DNA of 64,000 nucleotides from Shigella phage KRT47: sequence record MN781580; one strand, 5' to 3'. Shown piece by piece: positions 47,938 to 64,000 of this stretch (position 1 is its first letter; each line of letters starts with the position of its first letter). The notes under the pieces were generated by a model. It saw only the letters and a program-made list of their open reading frames with translations, ran no database searches and was not told where the DNA came from. The position numbers and the translations under genes were made by a program.

Positions 47938-50900
47938 CAGTAAAAGCACCTTCAGTCACTAGTCTCAGAATTTCCAAGTTATCCGCAAATCAGGTGCAAG
48001 TACGCTGGGATGACGTTGGTGCTAATTTCTACTATTTTGTAGAAATCGCTGAGACAAAAACAAACTCGGGGGAAAATCTCCCGAGTAATCAATACAGATG
48101 GATTAACTTAGGATATACTGCAAATAACAGCTTCTTTTTTGATGATGCTGACCCATTGACATCATACGTTATTAGAGTAGCTACAGCTGCACAAGATTTT
48201 GAGCAGTCTGATTGGATTTATACCGAAGAGTTTGAAACTTTTGCTACAAATGCTTATACATTTCAAAACATGATTGAAATGCAATTAGCTAATAAATTCA
48301 TTCAGGAAAAATTTACTCTTAATAATTCTGATTATGTCAATTTTAACAATGACACTATAATGGCTGCATTGATGAATGAATCGTTCCAATTCAGCCCGTC
48401 ATATGTTGATGTTTCATCAATAAGTAATTTTATTATTGGTGAAAATGAGTATCATGAAATACAGGGTTCTATTCAGCAAGTATGTAAGGATATTAACCGA
48501 GTTTATTTGATGGAATCAGAAGGGATTCTATACCTTTTTGAGCGTTATCAACCTGTAGTTAAAGTATCCAATGATAAAGGACAAACTTGGAAAGCTGTAA
48601 AGCTCTTCAATGACCGTGTAGGATATCCTTTATCTAAGACAGTATATTACCAATCTGCGAACACAACATACGTTCTAGGATACGACAAGATTTTCTATGG
48701 CCGCAAATCGACTGATGTTAGATGGTCAGCTGACGATGTCAGATTTAGTTCTCAGGATATAACATTCGCTAAACTTGGCGACCAATTACATTTAGGATTT
48801 GATGTAGAAATTTTTGCAACTTACGCAACTTTGCCAGCGAATGTATATCGCATTGCAGAAGCTATTACTTGCACCGATGATTACATTTACGTTGTCGCCA
48901 GAGACAAAGTTAGATACATAAAAACGAGTAATGCACCTATAGATTCTGATCCATTATCTCCAACATATTCGGAAAGGCTTTTTGAGCCTGATACAATGAC
49001 TATAACCGGAAATCCTAAAGCAGTATGCTATAAAATGGATTCTATCGGTGATAAAGTTTTTGCTCTTATTATTGGTGAAGTTGAAACATTAAATGCTAAT
49101 CCTAGAACATCAAAAATAATTGATTCTGCTGATAAAGGAATATATGTTTTAAATCACGACACAAAAACGTGGAAAAGAGTTTTTGGCAACACTGAAGAAG
49201 AAAGAAGACGTATTCAACCAGGGTATGCGAATATGTCAACTGATGGTAAATTAGTTTCTCTATCATCGAGTAATTTTAAATTTTTAAGTGATAATGTTGT
49301 TAATGACCCTGAAACTGCAGCAAAATATCAGTTAATCGGTGCTGTTAAATATGAATTTCCTCGTGAATGGTTAGCTGATAAGCATTATCATATGATGGCA
49401 TTTATAGCAGATGAAAAGTCTGATTGGGAAACTTTTACTCCTCAGCCGATGAAATACTATGCAGAACCATTCTTTAACTGGTCTAAAAAATCTAACACAC
49501 GTTGTTGGATAAACAACTCTGATAGGGTTGTAGTAGTTTATGCTGATTTAAAATACACTAAAGTTATAGAAAATATTCCTGAAACATCACCAGATAGATT
49601 AGTTCATGAATACTGGGATGATGGCGATTGCACTATAGTAATGCCAAATGTTAAATTCACTGGATTTAAAAAATATGCATCTGGGATGCTTTTCTATAAA
49701 GCTTCTGGTGAAATAATTTCTTACTATGATTTTAACTATCGTGTTAGAGACACTGTCGAAATTATTTGGAAGCCAACTGAAGTATTTTTAAAAGCATTTT
49801 TACAAAACCAAGAGCATGAAACTCCTTGGTCGCCTGAAGAAGAGCGTGGATTAGCTGACCCTGATTTAAGACCATTGATTGGCACAATGATGCCTGATTC
49901 TTATTTGTTGCAGGATTCGAATTTTGAGGCATTTTGCGAAGCATATATTCAATATCTTTCTGATGGATATGGAACCCAGTATAACAATTTACGAAATTTA
50001 ATTCGTAACAAATATCCACGAGAAGAGCATGCATGGGAATATTTGTGGTCAGAGATATATAAAAGAAACATTTATTTAAATGCTGACAAACGTGATGCTG
50101 TTACAAGATTTTTCGAATCACGTAGCTATGATTTTTATTCTACTAAAGGAATTGAAGCATCATACAAATTTCTTTTTAAAGTTCTTTATAATGAAGAGGT
50201 TGAAATTGAAATTGAATCTGGAGCTGGTACTGAATATGATATAATCGTTCAATCCGATTCTTTGACTGAAGATTTAGTAGGACAAACGATTTATACAGCT
50301 ACAGGAAGATGTAATGTTACTTATATAGAAAGAAGCTATTCTAACGGTAAATTACAATGGACCGTAACTATTCATAATCTTTTGGGAAGATTAATTGCCG
50401 GTCAAGAAGTTAAAGCAGAAAGACTTCCTAGTTTTGAAGGCGAAATTATTCGTGGAGTTAAAGGGAAGGATTTGCTTCAAAATAATATAGACTATATTAA
50501 TAGAAGTCGGTCATATTATGTAATGAAAATTAAATCCAATTTGCCTTCTTCCCGCTGGAAATCTGACGTTATTCGTTTTGTTCATCCAGTAGGATTTGGA
50601 TTTATAGCAATTACCCTTTTAACAATGTTTATTAATGTTGGTTTAACTCTTAAACATACAGAGACTATAATTAATAAATACAAAAACTACAAATGGGATT
50701 CTGGATTGCCTACTGAATATGCTGATAGAGTAGCTAAATTAACTCCAACCGGTGAAATTGAGCATGATTCGGTAACAGGCGAAGCAATTTATGAGCCTGG
50801 CCCAATGGCTGGTGTAGAATATCCTCTTCCTGATGACTATAATGTTGAAAATAACAATTCAATATTTCAAGGTCAATTGCCGTCTGAACGACGCAAATTA

Positions 50901-51032
50901 ATGAGTCCTTTATTTGATGCATCTGGAACAACATTTGCACAATTTAGGGATTTAGTTAATAAACGTCTAAAAGATAATATAGGAAATCCAAGAGACCCTG
51001 AAAATCCAACACAGGTTAAAATAGATGAATGA
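47934..51032 (+). CDS. 7: baseplate wedge protein gp7
   Basis: 1032 aa; length and order match T4. Confidence 0.88.
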   Translation: MTVKAPSVTSLRISKLSANQVQVRWDDVGANFYYFVEIAETKTNSGENLPSNQYRWINLGYTANNSFFFDDADPLTSYVIRVATAAQDFEQSDWIYTEEFETFATNAYTFQNMIEMQLANKFIQEKFTLNNSDYVNFNNDTIMAALMNESFQFSPSYVDVSSISNFIIGENEYHEIQGSIQQVCKDINRVYLMESEGILYLFERYQPVVKVSNDKGQTWKAVKLFNDRVGYPLSKTVYYQSANTTYVLGYDKIFYGRKSTDVRWSADDVRFSSQDITFAKLGDQLHLGFDVEIFATYATLPANVYRIAEAITCTDDYIYVVARDKVRYIKTSNAPIDSDPLSPTYSERLFEPDTMTITGNPKAVCYKMDSIGDKVFALIIGEVETLNANPRTSKIIDSADKGIYVLNHDTKTWKRVFGNTEEERRRIQPGYANMSTDGKLVSLSSSNFKFLSDNVVNDPETAAKYQLIGAVKYEFPREWLADKHYHMMAFIADEKSDWETFTPQPMKYYAEPFFNWSKKSNTRCWINNSDRVVVVYADLKYTKVIENIPETSPDRLVHEYWDDGDCTIVMPNVKFTGFKKYASGMLFYKASGEIISYYDFNYRVRDTVEIIWKPTEVFLKAFLQNQEHETPWSPEEERGLADPDLRPLIGTMMPDSYLLQDSNFEAFCEAYIQYLSDGYGTQYNNLRNLIRNKYPREEHAWEYLWSEIYKRNIYLNADKRDAVTRFFESRSYDFYSTKGIEASYKFLFKVLYNEEVEIEIESGAGTEYDIIVQSDSLTEDLVGQTIYTATGRCNVTYIERSYSNGKLQWTVTIHNLLGRLIAGQEVKAERLPSFEGEIIRGVKGKDLLQNNIDYINRSRSYYVMKIKSNLPSSRWKSDVIRFVHPVGFGFIAITLLTMFINVGLTLKHTETIINKYKNYKWDSGLPTEYADRVAKLTPTGEIEHDSVTGEAIYEPGPMAGVEYPLPDDYNVENNNSIFQGQLPSERRKLMSPLFDASGTTFAQFRDLVNKRLKDNIGNPRDPENPTQVKIDE

Positions 51033-52029
51033 TTCAAGTGTTATCTATCGTGCGATAGTTACTTCAAAATTTAGAACAGAAAAAATGTTGAATTTTTATA
51101 ATTCAATTGGAAGTGGTCCGGATAAAAACACTATCTTTATCACATTTGGAAGATCAGAACCGTGGTCATCAAATGAAAATGAGGTGGGCTTTGCTCCACC
51201 TTACCCAACCGATTCTGTATTAGGTGTAACTGACATGTGGACTCATATGATGGGAACTGTAAAGGTTCTTCCATCTATGCTTGATGCAGTTATTCCTCGT
51301 CGAGATTGGGGAGATACTAGATATCCGGATCCATACACATTTAGAATTAACGATATTGTAGTGTGTAACTCAGCTCCTTACAATGCTACTGAATCAGGCG
51401 CAGGCTGGTTAGTATATCGCTGTTTAGATGTTCCTGACACAGGAATGTGTTCAATTGAGTCTTTAACTAATAAGGATGAATGCCTTAAGTTAGGTGGAAA
51501 ATGGACTCCTTCTGTTAGGTCAATGACTCCTCCTGAAGGTCGAGGAGACGCGGAAGGAACAATCGAACCCGGCGACGGATATGTTTGGGAATATCTTTTT
51601 GAGATTCCGCCTGATGTATCTATAAATAGATGTACGAATGAATATATCGTGGTTCCTTGGCCTGAGGAATTAAAAGAAGACCCGGCTAGATGGGGGTATG
51701 AAGATAATCTCACTTGGCAACAAGATGATTTTGGATTAATTTACCGTGTTAAGGCAAATACTATCCGTTTTAAAGCATATTTAGATTCAGTTTATTTTCC
51801 AGAAGCTGCATTGCCGGGAAATAAAGGATTTAGACAAATATCAATAATCACGAATCCTCTTGAAGCTAAAGCTAATCCAAATGACCCAAACGTTAAAGCT
51901 GAAAAGGATTATTATGATCCGGAAGATTTAATGAGGCATTCGGGCGAAATGATTTATATGGAAAATAGGCCACCTATTATCATGGCAATGGATCAAACAG
52001 AAGAAATCAATATTCTGTTTACATTTTAA
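51025..52029 (+). CDS. 8: baseplate wedge protein gp8
   Basis: 334 aa; length and order match T4. Confidence 0.88.
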   Translation: MNDSSVIYRAIVTSKFRTEKMLNFYNSIGSGPDKNTIFITFGRSEPWSSNENEVGFAPPYPTDSVLGVTDMWTHMMGTVKVLPSMLDAVIPRRDWGDTRYPDPYTFRINDIVVCNSAPYNATESGAGWLVYRCLDVPDTGMCSIESLTNKDECLKLGGKWTPSVRSMTPPEGRGDAEGTIEPGDGYVWEYLFEIPPDVSINRCTNEYIVVPWPEELKEDPARWGYEDNLTWQQDDFGLIYRVKANTIRFKAYLDSVYFPEAALPGNKGFRQISIITNPLEAKANPNDPNVKAEKDYYDPEDLMRHSGEMIYMENRPPIIMAMDQTEEINILFTF

Positions 52030-52034
52030 CTTAA

Positions 52035-52052
52035 GGGAGCCCATGGGCTCCC
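52035..52052 (+). terminator. intrinsic terminator after gene 8
   Basis: gggagccc-atgggctccc hairpin followed by TTTTTC. Confidence 0.65.
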
Positions 52053-52060
52053 TTTTTCTT

Positions 52061-52068
52061 TATAAATA
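52061..52068 (+). promoter_or_regulatory. late promoter (TATAAATA) for gene 9
   Basis: TATAAATA 25 nt upstream of the gp9 ATG. Confidence 0.65.
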
Positions 52069-52092
52069 CTATAAACTCATAAGGAAACCGCT

Positions 52093-52959
52093 ATGTTCAT
52101 TCAAGAACCAAAGAAATTGATTGATACCGGCGAAATTGGTAACGCTTCTACTGGTGATATCTTATTCGACGGTGGTAATAAAATTAATAGTGATTTTAAC
52201 GCAATTTATAATGCGTTTGGCGATCAACGTAAAATGGCAGTAGCAAATGGAACTGGAGCAGATGGCCAAATTATCCATGCTACTGGATATTATCAAAAAC
52301 ACTCTATTGCAGAGTACGCAACTCCAGTAAAAGTTGGCACTAGGCATGATATTGATACCTCTACTGTAGGTGTTAAAGTTATCATTGAAAGAGGCGAACT
52401 TGGCGACTGCGTTGAATTTATTAACTCAAATGGATCTATATCAGTTACTAATCCTTTAACGATTCAGGCGATTGATTCAATTAAAGGTGTTTCGGGTAAT
52501 TTAGTAGTAACTAGCCCATACAGTAAAGTAACTTTACGCTGTATTTCATCTGATAATTCTACATCGGTTTGGAATTATTCTATTGAAAGCATGTTTGGAC
52601 AAAAGGAATCACCAGCTGAAGGTACATGGAATATTTCTACATCCGGATCAGTTGATATTCCACTATTTCATCGCACTGAATACAATATGGCTAAATTGCT
52701 AGTTACATGCCAATCAGTAGATGGAAGAAAAATTAAAACAGCAGAAATAAATATTCTTGTGGATACTGTTAATTCAGAGGTCATTTCTTCTGAATATGCT
52801 GTCATGCGGGTTGGGAATGAAACCGAAGAAGACGAAATCGCTAATATTGCATTTAGTATTAAAGAAAATTATGTAACGGCGACTATAAGTTCTCCAACTG
52901 TCGGTATGAGAGCAGCAGTTAAAGTTATCGCTACGCAGAAAATCGGGGTGGCTCAATAA
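52093..52959 (+). CDS. 9: baseplate protein gp9 (long tail fibre socket)
   Basis: 288 aa; length and order match T4. Confidence 0.88.
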   Translation: MFIQEPKKLIDTGEIGNASTGDILFDGGNKINSDFNAIYNAFGDQRKMAVANGTGADGQIIHATGYYQKHSIAEYATPVKVGTRHDIDTSTVGVKVIIERGELGDCVEFINSNGSISVTNPLTIQAIDSIKGVSGNLVVTSPYSKVTLRCISSDNSTSVWNYSIESMFGQKESPAEGTWNISTSGSVDIPLFHRTEYNMAKLLVTCQSVDGRKIKTAEINILVDTVNSEVISSEYAVMRVGNETEEDEIANIAFSIKENYVTATISSPTVGMRAAVKVIATQKIGVAQ

Positions 52960-54767
52960 TGAAACAAAATATTAATATCGGTAATGTTGTTGATGATGGT
53001 ACCGGTGACTACCTGCGTAAAGGTGGTATAAAAATAAATGAAAACTTTGATGAGCTTTATTATGAGCTCGGTGATGGAGATGTTCCATATTCAGCCGGTG
53101 CCTGGAAAACTTATGATGCTTCATCTGGCCAAACACTAAAAGCTGAGTGGGGAAAATCATACGCTATTAATACCTCTTCTGGAAGAGTAACTATAAATCT
53201 TCCAAAAGGAACTGTCAATGATTACAACAAGGTAATTAGAGCTAGAGACGTATTTGCTACATGGAACGTCAACCCAGTTACATTAGTAGCTGCTTCCGGC
53301 GATACGATTAAAGGGTCTGCAGTACCAGTTGAAATTAATGTTCAATTCAGCGATTTGGAATTAGTGTATTGCGCCCCAGGACGTTGGGAATATGTCAAAA
53401 ATAAGCAAATTGACAAAATTACCAGTTCAGACATTAGTAATGTAGCTCGTAAAGAATTTTTAGTCGAAGTCCAAGGACAAACAGACTTTTTAGATGTTTT
53501 CCGTGGAACCAGTTATAATGTAAATAACATCAGAGTAAAACATCGTGGTAACGAATTGTATTATGGCGATGTGTTTAGCGAAAACAGTGATTTTGGCTCT
53601 CCGGGCGAAAATGAAGGAGAACTGGTTCCTCTTGATGGATTTAATATTCGATTAAGACAGCCTTGTAATATTGGTGACACTGTTCAAATTGAAACATTTA
53701 TGGATGGTGTATCGCAGTGGAGAAGTTCATATACAAGACGTCAAATTAGATTGTTAGATTCAAAATTAACGTCAAAAACTTCTTTAGAAGGAAGCATTTA
53801 CGTTACTGATTTATCAACAATGAAATCAATTCCATTTTCTGCTTTTGGATTAATTCCAGGAGAACCTATTAATCCTAACTCTCTTGAGGTTCGTTTTAAT
53901 GGAATTTTACAAGAATTGGCTGGAACAGTTGGAATGCCGTTATTTCATTGTGTTGGTGCCGATTCAGACGATGAAGTAGAATGTTCTGTTTTAGGTGGAA
54001 CTTGGGAACAATCTCATACCGATTATTCAGTTGAAACTGATGAAAACGGCATACCGGAAATTTTACATTTCGATAGAGTATTTGAGCATGGTGACATTAT
54101 CAATATCACCTGGTTTAATAATGATTTAGGCACATTATTAACAAAAGACGAGATTATTGATGAAACTGATAATCTTTATGTATCTCAAGGACCGGGAGTA
54201 GATATTTCTGGTGATGTAAATTTAACAGACTTCGATAAAATTGGTTGGCCAAATGTAGAAGCAGTTCAATCTTATCAACGCGAATTTAATGCTGTTTCAA
54301 ATATCTTTGATACGATTTATCCTATTGGAACTATATATGAAAACGCTGTTAATCCAAACAACCCTGTTACATATATGGGATTCGGCTCATGGAAATTATT
54401 TGGGCAAGGAAAAGTTTTAGTTGGATGGAATGAAGATATTTCGGATCCGAATTTTGCTCTAAATAACAACGATTTAGATTCTGGCGGAAATCCTTCGCAT
54501 ACTGCAGGTGGAACAGGTGGTTCTACTTCTGTTACATTGGAAAATGCTAATCTTCCTGCAACTGAAACAGATGAAGAAGTTCTAATAGTTGATGAAAATG
54601 GATCAGTCATTGTTGGTGGGTGTCAATACGATCCAGATGAATCCGGTCCAATCTACACTAAATACCGTGAAGCTAAAGCATCTACTAACTCTACTCACAC
54701 TCCGCCAACATCAATAACTAACATTCAACCATATATTACAGTTTATCGTTGGATAAGGATTGCATAA
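52959..54767 (+). CDS. 10: baseplate wedge protein gp10
   Basis: 602 aa; length and order match T4. Confidence 0.88.
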   Translation: MKQNINIGNVVDDGTGDYLRKGGIKINENFDELYYELGDGDVPYSAGAWKTYDASSGQTLKAEWGKSYAINTSSGRVTINLPKGTVNDYNKVIRARDVFATWNVNPVTLVAASGDTIKGSAVPVEINVQFSDLELVYCAPGRWEYVKNKQIDKITSSDISNVARKEFLVEVQGQTDFLDVFRGTSYNVNNIRVKHRGNELYYGDVFSENSDFGSPGENEGELVPLDGFNIRLRQPCNIGDTVQIETFMDGVSQWRSSYTRRQIRLLDSKLTSKTSLEGSIYVTDLSTMKSIPFSAFGLIPGEPINPNSLEVRFNGILQELAGTVGMPLFHCVGADSDDEVECSVLGGTWEQSHTDYSVETDENGIPEILHFDRVFEHGDIINITWFNNDLGTLLTKDEIIDETDNLYVSQGPGVDISGDVNLTDFDKIGWPNVEAVQSYQREFNAVSNIFDTIYPIGTIYENAVNPNNPVTYMGFGSWKLFGQGKVLVGWNEDISDPNFALNNNDLDSGGNPSHTAGGTGGSTSVTLENANLPATETDEEVLIVDENGSVIVGGCQYDPDESGPIYTKYREAKASTNSTHTPPTSITNIQPYITVYRWIRIA

Positions 54768-55426
54768 TGAGTTTACTTAATAATAAAGCGGGAGTTATTT
54801 CCCGCTTAGCCGATTTTCTTGGTTTTAGACCTAAAGCTGGTAATATAGATGTAATGAATCGTCAATCAGTTGGGTCAGTGACAATTTCTCAATTAGCGAA
54901 AGGATTTTATGAACCAAACGTAGAATCAGCTATTAATGACGTTCATAATTTTTCTATAAAAGACATTGGTACAATTATTACTAATAAAACTGGTGTTTCT
55001 CCTGAGGGTGTTTCTCAAACTGATTATTGGGCATTTTCTGGAACTGTAACAGACGATTCTCTTCCTCCGGGTTCTCCTGTCACAGTATTAGTATTTGGTC
55101 TTCCAGTTTCAGCAACAACTGGAATGACGGCAATTGAGTTTGTTGCAAAAGTTCGTGTTGCCCTTCAAGAAGCTATTGCGTCATTTACTGCTATCAACTC
55201 ATATAAAGACCATCCGACAGATGGTAGTAAATTAGAAGTTACTTATTTAGATAATCAAAAACATGTATTAAGCACATATTCTACATATGGAATAACTATT
55301 TCACAGGAAATTATTTCTGAGTCTAAACCTGGCTACGGTACATGGAATTTATTAGGCGCACAAACTGTAACTTTAGATAATCAGCAGACTCCTACAGTAC
55401 TTTATCATTTTGAGAGAACAGCATGA
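54767..55426 (+). CDS. 11: baseplate protein gp11 (short tail fibre attachment)
   Basis: start at MSLLNNKAG in a TAATG stop-start overlap with gp10, giving 219 aa. Confidence 0.8.
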   Translation: MSLLNNKAGVISRLADFLGFRPKAGNIDVMNRQSVGSVTISQLAKGFYEPNVESAINDVHNFSIKDIGTIITNKTGVSPEGVSQTDYWAFSGTVTDDSLPPGSPVTVLVFGLPVSATTGMTAIEFVAKVRVALQEAIASFTAINSYKDHPTDGSKLEVTYLDNQKHVLSTYSTYGITISQEIISESKPGYGTWNLLGAQTVTLDNQQTPTVLYHFERTA

Positions 55427-57006
55427 GTAATAATACATATCAACACGTTTCTAATGAATCTCGTTATGTAAAATTTGATCCAACTGGTACAAATTTTCCG
55501 GAAGAGATTACTGATGTTCAGGCTGCTATAGCAGCCATTTCTCCTGCTGGCGTAAATGGAGTTCCTGATGCATCGTCAACAACAAAGGGAATTTTATTTC
55601 TTGCCACTGAACAGGAAGTTATAGATGGAACTAATAATACCAAAGCAGTTACACCGGCAACGTTGGCAACAAGATTATCTTATCCAAACGCAACTGAAAC
55701 TGTTTACGGATTAACAAGATATTCAACCAATGATGAAGCCATTGCCGGAGTTAATAATGAATCTTCTATAACTCCAGCTAAATTTACTGTTGCTCTTAAT
55801 AATGCGTTTGAAACACGAGTTTCAACTGAATCCTCGAATGGTGTTATTAAAATTTCATCTCTACCGCAAGCATTAGCTGGTGCAGATGATACTACTGCAA
55901 TGACTCCATTAAAAACACAGCAGTTAGCTATTAAATTAATTGCGCAAATTGCTCCTTCTGAAACCACAGCTACTGAATCAGACCAAGGTGTTGTTCAATT
56001 AGCAACAGTAGCACAGGTTCGTCAGGGAACTTTAAGAGAAGGCTATGCAATTTCTCCTTATACGTTTATGAATTCATCTGCTACTGAAGAATATAAAGGC
56101 GTAATTAAATTAGGAACACAGTCAGAAGTTAACTCGAATAATGCTTCTGTTGCTGTTACTGGTGCAACTCTTAATGGTCGTGGTTCTACAACGTCAATGA
56201 GAGGCGTAGTTAAATTAACTACAACTGCCGGCTCACAGAGTGGAGGTGATGCTTCATCAGCACTAGCTTGGAATGCTGACGTTATCCATCAAAGAGGCGG
56301 TCAAACTATTAATGGAACACTCCGCATTAATAACACGCTTACAATAGCTTCAGGTGGAGCAAATATTACCGGAACAGTTAACATGACCGGTGGTTATATT
56401 CAAGGTAAGCGTGTCGTAACACAAAATGAAATTGATAGAACTATTCCTGTCGGAGCTATTATGATGTGGGCCGCTGATAGTCTTCCTAGTGATGCTTGGC
56501 GTTTTTGCCACGGTGGAACTGTTTCAGCATCAGATTGTCCATTATATGCTTCTAGAATTGGAACAAGATACGGCGGAAGTTCATCAAATCCTGGATTACC
56601 TGATATGCGTGGTCTTTTCGTTCGCGGCTCTGGTCGTGGCTCTCACTTAACAAATCCAAATGTTAATGGTAATGACCAGTTTGGTAAGCCTAGATTAGGT
56701 GTAGGTTGTACTGGTGGATATGTTGGTGAAGTACAGAAACAACAGATGTCTTATCATAAACATGCTGGCGGATTTGGTGAGCATGATGATTCTGGAGCAT
56801 TCGGTAATACCCGTAGATCAAATTTTGTTGGTACACGTAAAGGACTTGACTGGGATAACCGTTCATACTTCACCAATGACGGATATGAAATTGACCCGGC
56901 ATCACAACGAAATTCCAAATATACATTAAATCGTCCTGAATTAATTGGAAATGAAACACGTCCATGGAACATTTCTTTAAACTACATAATTAAGGTAAAA
57001 GAATGA
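55423..57006 (+). CDS. 12: short tail fibre protein gp12
   Basis: 527 aa; repetitive Thr/Ser/Gly-rich shaft; length and order match T4. Confidence 0.88.
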   Translation: MSNNTYQHVSNESRYVKFDPTGTNFPEEITDVQAAIAAISPAGVNGVPDASSTTKGILFLATEQEVIDGTNNTKAVTPATLATRLSYPNATETVYGLTRYSTNDEAIAGVNNESSITPAKFTVALNNAFETRVSTESSNGVIKISSLPQALAGADDTTAMTPLKTQQLAIKLIAQIAPSETTATESDQGVVQLATVAQVRQGTLREGYAISPYTFMNSSATEEYKGVIKLGTQSEVNSNNASVAVTGATLNGRGSTTSMRGVVKLTTTAGSQSGGDASSALAWNADVIHQRGGQTINGTLRINNTLTIASGGANITGTVNMTGGYIQGKRVVTQNEIDRTIPVGAIMMWAADSLPSDAWRFCHGGTVSASDCPLYASRIGTRYGGSSSNPGLPDMRGLFVRGSGRGSHLTNPNVNGNDQFGKPRLGVGCTGGYVGEVQKQQMSYHKHAGGFGEHDDSGAFGNTRRSNFVGTRKGLDWDNRSYFTNDGYEIDPASQRNSKYTLNRPELIGNETRPWNISLNYIIKVKE

Positions 57007-58466
57007 CAGATATTGTACTGAATGACTTACCATTCGTTGACGGCCCTCCTGCGGAGGGCCAGAGCCGCATTTCCTGGATTAAAAACGGCGAAGAAATATT
57101 AGGAGCTGACACACAGTATGGAAGCGAAGGTTCAATGAATAGACCTACAGTTTCTGTACTAAGAAATGTTGAAGTTCTCGATAAAAACATTGGAATACTT
57201 AAAACATCTTTAGAAACCGCAAATAGTGATATTAAAACCATCCAGGGCATCTTAGATGTATCTGGTGATATAGAAGCTTTAGCACAAATAAGTATCAATA
57301 AAAAGGATATTTCTGACCTCAAAACGCTAACCAGTGAACATACAGAAATATTAAATGGAACTAATAGTACTGTTGACAACATTCTTGCTGATATTGGTCC
57401 ATTTAACTCCGAGGCCAACTCTGTATACAGAACAATCAGAAATGATTTACTGTGGATAAAGCGTGAACTTGGACAATACACTGGTCAAGATATTAATGGT
57501 CTTCCTGTTGTAGGAAATCCTAGTAGTGGAATGAAGCATCGCATTATTAATAATACTGATGTCATTACTTCACAGGGAATACGTTTAAGCGAATTAGAAA
57601 CAAAATTTATTGAATCTGATGTAGGTTCTTTGACTATTGAAGTTGGTAATCTTCGCGAAGAGCTTGGACCGAAACCGCCGTCTTTTTCACAAACTGTTTA
57701 TAGTCGTTTAAATGAAATTGACACTAAACAGACAACAGTTGAGTCTGGCATTAGTGCTATTAAGACCTCAATAGGATATCCAGGAAATAATTCGATTATT
57801 ACGAGTGTTAATACAAACACTGATAATATTGCATCTATTAATTTAGAGCTAAATCAAAGTGGAGGTATTAAACAGCGTTTAACCGTTATTGAAACTTCTA
57901 TTGGTTCAGATGATATTCCTTCGAGTATTAAAGGCCAAATCAAAGATAATACAACTTCAATCGAATCTTTAAATGGAATCGTCGGTGAAAACACTTCATC
58001 TGGTTTAAGAGCGAATGTTTCGTGGTTAAACCAAATTGTTGGAACTGATTCTAGCGGTGGACAACCTTCTCCTCCTGGGTCTCTTTTAAACCGAGTTTCT
58101 ACAATTGAAACTTCTGTTTCAGGCTTGAATAACGATGTTCAAAACCTACAAGTAGAGATTGGTAATAACAGCACAGGAATTAAAGGGCAAGTTGTAGCGT
58201 TAAATACTTTAGTAAATGGAACTAACCCAAATGGTTCAACTGTTGAAGAACGCGGATTAACCAATTCAATAAAAGCTAACGAAACCAACATTGCATCAGT
58301 TACACAAGAAGTGAATACAGCTAAAGGCAATATATCTTCTTTACAAGACGATGTTCAAGCTCTCCAAGAAGCCGGTTATATTCCTGAAGCTCCAAAAGAT
58401 GGCCAAGCTTACGTTCGTAAAGACGGCGAATGGGTATTGCTTTCTACCTTTTTATCACCAGCATAA
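57003..58466 (+). CDS. wac: fibritin (whisker antigen control)
   Basis: 487 aa; long coiled-coil repeats; C-terminal [27 protein letters not shown] foldon. Confidence 0.93.
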   Translation: MTDIVLNDLPFVDGPPAEGQSRISWIKNGEEILGADTQYGSEGSMNRPTVSVLRNVEVLDKNIGILKTSLETANSDIKTIQGILDVSGDIEALAQISINKKDISDLKTLTSEHTEILNGTNSTVDNILADIGPFNSEANSVYRTIRNDLLWIKRELGQYTGQDINGLPVVGNPSSGMKHRIINNTDVITSQGIRLSELETKFIESDVGSLTIEVGNLREELGPKPPSFSQTVYSRLNEIDTKQTTVESGISAIKTSIGYPGNNSIITSVNTNTDNIASINLELNQSGGIKQRLTVIETSIGSDDIPSSIKGQIKDNTTSIESLNGIVGENTSSGLRANVSWLNQIVGTDSSGGQPSPPGSLLNRVSTIETSVSGLNNDVQNLQVEIGNNSTGIKGQVVALNTLVNGTNPNGSTVEERGLTNSIKANETNIASVTQEVNTAKGNISSLQDDVQALQEAGYIPEAPKDGQAYVRKDGEWVLLSTFLSPA

Positions 58467-58469
58467 CAT

Positions 58470-58485
58470 GGGGCCGCAAGGCCCC
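58470..58485 (+). terminator. GC stem-loop after wac
   Basis: ggggccgcaaggcccc hairpin, no clear U-run. Confidence 0.4.
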
Positions 58486-58497
58486 AAAGGATTTTAA

Positions 58498-60199
<1,702 letters not shown>

Positions 60200-60240
60200 T
60201 AAATATTATAAACTAATTAAAGCCCAGATTAGGAGAAGTC

Positions 60241-63381
<3,141 letters not shown>

Positions 63382-63410
63382 TATTAAAGCATATTAAAGA
63401 GGATTAAAAA

Positions 63411-64000
63411 TGACTTTATTATCTCCGGGCATTGAGCTCAAAGAAACTACGGTTCAAAGCACCGTGGTTAATAACTCTACTGGTACAGCAGCTTTGGCCG
63501 GTAAATTCCAGTGGGGTCCTGCTTTTCAAATTAAACAGGTTACAAATGAAGTAGATTTAGTTAATACTTTTGGTCAACCTACAGCTGAAACTGCTGACTA
63601 TTTTATGTCTGCAATGAATTTCTTACAATACGGAAATGATTTGCGAGTTGTGCGTGCTGTCGATAGAGATACCGCTAAAAACTCATCTCCGATTGCCGGT
63701 AATATTGAATACACTATTTCTACCCCAGGTAGTAACTACGCGGTTGGAGATAAAATCACTGTTAAGTATGTTTCAGAAGATGTTGAAACAGAAGGTAAAA
63801 TTACTGAAGTAGATGCTGATGGAAAAATTAAGAAAATTAATATTCCTACCGCAAAAATTATCGCTAAAGCGAAAGAAGTCGGTGAATACCCAGCATTAGG
63901 TTCTAACTGGACTGCGGAAATTTCTTCGTCTTCCTCTGGTTTAGCTGCAGTAATAACTCTTGGAAAAATTATTACTGATTCTGGTATTTTATTAGCTGAA
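63411..64000 (+). CDS. 18: tail sheath protein gp18 (5' part, truncated by window end)
   Basis: ORF starting MTLLSPGIELKETTVQ runs to the window edge; position after gp17. Confidence 0.85.

Overview
This window reads as a contiguous stretch of a T4-like (T-even, Tequatrovirus-type) myovirus genome, AT-rich and densely packed with genes. Gene identities rest on motifs visible in the translations plus recalled T4 gene order and protein lengths; no database search was possible. From 1 to about 42.8 kb almost every gene is on the minus strand: recombination nuclease gp46/gp47, alpha-glucosyltransferase, late sigma factor gp55, anaerobic ribonucleotide reductase NrdD/NrdG (no intron), endonuclease VII, thioredoxin NrdC, a long block of accessory ORFs, rI, thymidine kinase, RegB, a GrcA-like glycyl-radical cofactor, internal-protein genes, lysozyme e, NudE, an 11-gene tRNA cluster, gp57B/57A, dNMP kinase and gp3/gp2/gp4. 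From 42.8 kb to the end the plus strand carries the late structural module: baseplate gp53, gp5, 5.1, 5.4, gp6 to gp12, fibritin, gp13/14/15, terminase gp16/17 and the start of sheath gp18. Relative to T4 as I remember it, the variable parts are the tRNA set (extra Tyr, Asn and His genes, no segB), five internal-protein-type genes, and the accessory block between nrdC and rI. The most interesting candidates are the extra GUN-anticodon tRNAs, the injected internal-protein family, a nucleotidyltransferase-fold gene next to a P-loop ATPase, four tandem coiled-coil-tailed ORFs, and a tRNA-like non-coding region at 36.35-36.65 kb. No CRISPR array, integrase or transposase was seen.
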